Source: Candidatus Heimdallarchaeota archaeon
GTDB taxonomy: Archaea > Asgardarchaeota > Heimdallarchaeia > Hodarchaeales > Hodarchaeaceae
DNA: 36,698 nucleotides
Direction of reading: 5' to 3'
NCBI GenBank assembly: GCA_048881705.1
Contig: JBHLSH010000036.1
Location: forward strand, 1-36,698
The position numbers and the translations under genes are program-made. Under the pieces are notes generated by a model. That model worked only from the letters and a program-made list of their open reading frames with translations. It had not been told where the DNA came from and searched no databases. Shown here in pieces: positions 34,308 through 36,698 of the stretch (its first letter is position 1; each line of letters begins with the position of its first letter).

Positions 34308-36056
34308 TCACGTTGTGGGGACTAAGATGGCTAAAATCCCTAAAAATTGCAGTACAAGGAGATAAATAAAACCTAATGTGAGCAAGATAACACTCAATGG
34401 TGCCATCTTCTTTACAAAATCCATAAAAGTCACAGGGTGGCCTTCCTGTGAAAGAACTTGAACTCCTATTACCCCTGTCACTGTTCCAAATGGTGTGAAC
34501 CCGCCTCCGAATGTAACGGCATATAACAGAGTGAACCACAAAAAACCACCCACTGGAAATCCAAACACCGTATTAGCCCTGAAAATAGGATCTGACAGCA
34601 ATATGCTAATGACTTCTGCCAAGGCAATCGTAATTGGGATATTAGCAACTATAGCGGACAATATGGAGATCAAAGTAATGATAATCAAGGCTAAAACCAG
34701 TGGGTCACCACCTGACCATTCCAGCATCATCTGTGCGAATACTTCCAAAGCTCCTGATAATTGTAAGGTACCTACCAGAATGAATAGACCCATAAAGAAG
34801 AGAATACCTTCCAGCTCCACACGATGCAGAACATGTTCTAAATTCGCTCGAGTCACGACTATCGCGAGAATGGCACCAGTAATGGCAACAAATCCCACTG
34901 ATAGGTCTATTAGGCTAGAAAAAACTAACCCCATGACTACAATCCCCATCACGACCGAACCAGCATATAGGTTCCGGGGCGATTCAACTACTGACCATTC
35001 ATCCAAGAGGTTTAGTGCGCTTGCATCGAATCCTGCGGTTTGGGTGATTGTTAGCTCTTGTTTAAAGATTAAAAAGAGATAAGCCAGGGAGACGATCACT
35101 GAAACGATGATAAATCCAGAGTTCACGATGGAAAACGTAGCAAAGGGGATGTTACCTGCATTTGGGGATGCGATAAGAATTCCGGGTAATGATCCGATAA
35201 CTGTAATAATTCCAGCCATGACTGTTGCAGAAACTTCGGCCAGGATGTATGGTTTTGGATTGAGATCCAAACCACGAGTTACAGTGATCGTAATACCACT
35301 GATTAGTATTATAGCTGTTGTATTATCAAGTAAGGCCGATAAGACCAAAGTAAGGAAAAATACAAGGATCAAAAATCGTCGGGGAACACCCTGAGATGCC
35401 TTAATTGTTCTAATTGAGACCATGTCAAAGAGTCCTGTATCAGATAATACGGCGACGAGTAAGCTCATGCCAAATACGATACTAATTACCTCCCACTCAA
35501 TAAACGAGCTAAAGAGGGCGATTTCAAAGAAAAGACTGGGATTTTCCAAGATTTCCTTGAGCTGCTCGATTGAGAGCGGGGGTTTCCGACCAATGGCATG
35601 TTCCAAATCTTCTGAGGTCAGATTTTCCAATGCATCGGGAGAGAGCCCGTCCAGATAGTCCAAGGGCAACAGGTTCGGAAGAAAAATTATGGTTACCGAT
35701 ACGGCAATTGTTGCGCCAAACAAGATAACCCTAAGTTTATCCTCCTCTGCCAAGGTCAGGAAGCCGAAAATGACAATGAATATGAGAACCATAAGAATTT
35801 GAGTGTGGACATAGGTAAAGGCCGATGGTGGTGAAATAAAAAGGAGACTGGCAACCATTAAAATCGCTGTGATGCCAATAACAGGGACTATTATTTTTTC
35901 AGGTATCTTTTTCCCTTCAGAATCGTATATCCAAAGGAAGACACTGGTAACAAAGGCTATAATTGTGATGATGCTTGTCCAGGCCAATTTTTCCACTGTA
36001 GAGTTGTTCTTGCTCCAAAATTGAAAAAAACCGGTAAATTCAAAAGTGTTGACCAT
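34308..36056 (-). CDS. ArsB/NhaD (SLC13/P-protein-like) ion transporter with N-terminal TM extension
   Basis: IEWEVISIVFGM, LSALLDNTT, TVIGSLPG, FFMGLFILVG, LSAIVANIP and GGFTPFGTVTG. Confidence 0.9.
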   Translation of the reverse strand: MVNTFEFTGFFQFWSKNNSTVEKLAWTSIITIIAFVTSVFLWIYDSEGKKIPEKIIVPVIGITAILMVASLLFISPPSAFTYVHTQILMVLIFIVIFGFLTLAEEDKLRVILFGATIAVSVTIIFLPNLLPLDYLDGLSPDALENLTSEDLEHAIGRKPPLSIEQLKEILENPSLFFEIALFSSFIEWEVISIVFGMSLLVAVLSDTGLFDMVSIRTIKASQGVPRRFLILVFFLTLVLSALLDNTTAIILISGITITVTRGLDLNPKPYILAEVSATVMAGIITVIGSLPGILIASPNAGNIPFATFSIVNSGFIIVSVIVSLAYLFLIFKQELTITQTAGFDASALNLLDEWSVVESPRNLYAGSVVMGIVVMGLVFSSLIDLSVGFVAITGAILAIVVTRANLEHVLHRVELEGILFFMGLFILVGTLQLSGALEVFAQMMLEWSGGDPLVLALIIITLISILSAIVANIPITIALAEVISILLSDPIFRANTVFGFPVGGFLWFTLLYAVTFGGGFTPFGTVTGVIGVQVLSQEGHPVTFMDFVKKMAPLSVILLTLGFIYLLVLQFLGILAILVPTT

Positions 36057-36171
36057 CAACCACGGCCCATATAGGGCGCCAAATATCTATGGAAACTGAA
36101 ATGCTCCAACACGATAATTTCCACCCAAATTAAGAGATATTCCGCAATTCCAGATAATTTTGGGACTGAAA

Positions 36172-36698
36172 ATGCAAATATTTGAAAATGTTAGGATTAT
36201 TGAAGTATGTAACTTCATAAGTGGCCCGTGGGCGACAACATTCTTTGCAAATCAGGGGGCGGATGTAATTAAAATAGAAACACCGCAGTTTGGAGATTCT
36301 TTTAGGCTTTATTCTTTCTTCGATCCAGAGATCTTTCCTCTATTCTCTATTTTGAACAACAACAAAAAATCCGTGACTCTTAATTTGCGAAAACCTAAAG
36401 CCCAAGAGATCTTTAGACGTCTTGTAAAGATCTCTGATGCCGTCGTGGACAACTTAGTCGTTGGATCCATGGAGAGATGGGGACTAGGATATGATCAATT
36501 AAAGCAAATTAAACCAGATCTCATTTACGTGTCGATAAGCGGTTTCGGACGAACGGGGGTAGATCGATATGTTGCAAAACCTGCATTTGACCTTATAGCC
36601 CAGGCAGCAAGTGGGGTTTTGGATTCGATGCGAGTCAAAGACGCTCCAGGCCTTCCCATTGCTGATTATAGTACTGGTCATGTTGCAGCAATCGCACT
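36172..36698 (+). CDS. Family III CoA-transferase (CaiB/BaiF), truncated by the window end; absent from the ORF track
   Basis: Manual translation: MQIFENVRIIEVCNFISGPW...GADVIKIE...NNNKKSVTLNL...WGLGYDQLKQIKPDLIYVSISGFGRTG...FDLIAQA...IADYSTG (catalytic Asp region). No stop before the window edge. Confidence 0.93.
   Translation, partial: MQIFENVRIIEVCNFISGPWATTFFANQGADVIKIETPQFGDSFRLYSFFDPEIFPLFSILNNNKKSVTLNLRKPKAQEIFRRLVKISDAVVDNLVVGSMERWGLGYDQLKQIKPDLIYVSISGFGRTGVDRYVAKPAFDLIAQAASGVLDSMRVKDAPGLPIADYSTGHVAAIA

Noticed and set aside
30794-36056. A classical ars resistance operon (ArsR + ArsB)
   Set aside because: The ArsR-fold protein lacks Cys metal sites and is TM-fused, the ArsB/NhaD family is functionally broad, and no arsC, arsA, arsM or acr3 is present.
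193-36681. Numerous 60-195 aa ORFs nested in or antisense to the larger genes (e.g. 8057-8533, 21470-21844, 34495-35082, 36499-36681)
   Set aside because: They are shadows of well-supported CDSs on another frame or strand and show no family motifs.
1-36698. rRNA, tRNA, CRISPR arrays, IS elements or integrases
   Set aside because: No cloverleaf, repeat-spacer periodicity, terminal inverted repeats or transposase/integrase motifs were seen by eye. A tRNAscan-SE/Infernal run would be needed to exclude small RNAs.

Overview
A gene-dense, fairly AT-rich prokaryotic window that looks archaeal. Support for that: AGGTGA/GGAGGTG Shine-Dalgarno motifs, oligo-T terminators, a PGF-CTERM sorting signal, archaeal wHTH and ArsR-plus-DUF1724-type regulators, and many N-glycosylation sequons. 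An Asgard/Heimdallarchaeia-like origin is plausible but is inference only, since no marker gene is present. I found no rRNA, tRNA, CRISPR array or transposase. Content in order: (1) 1-9 kb, an envelope-stress-like block with two ABC exporters, a membrane zinc-ribbon protein, a probably inactive membrane DJ-1/PfpI protein, a LuxR-like HTH protein and two bPH_2 membrane proteins; (2) 9-11.4 kb, a regulator and DUF1786; (3) 11.6-15.4 kb, an orphan copper electron-transfer module (CuA cupredoxin, polytopic 4Fe-4S protein, PGF-CTERM type-1 blue copper protein) with no oxidase subunit I in the window; (4) csaA; (5) 16-26.4 kb, an ArsS-like radical SAM enzyme with a divergent NSS transporter and two DoxX proteins, converging on a four-gene glycosyltransferase operon (GT2, DUF2064/TIGR04282-like, egghead-like GT2, GT-C), then YeeE/YedE and PAP2; (6) DUF72 and a peroxiredoxin-like protein; (7) two tandem acidic surface glycoprotein paralogs followed by a membrane-anchored ArsR regulator; (8) a CDF exporter, a decayed DEDDh exonuclease pseudogene mostly missed by the ORF track, an AEC transporter, an ArsB/NhaD transporter, and a family III CoA-transferase cut by the window end. 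All family calls come from motif recognition by eye; no searches were run.
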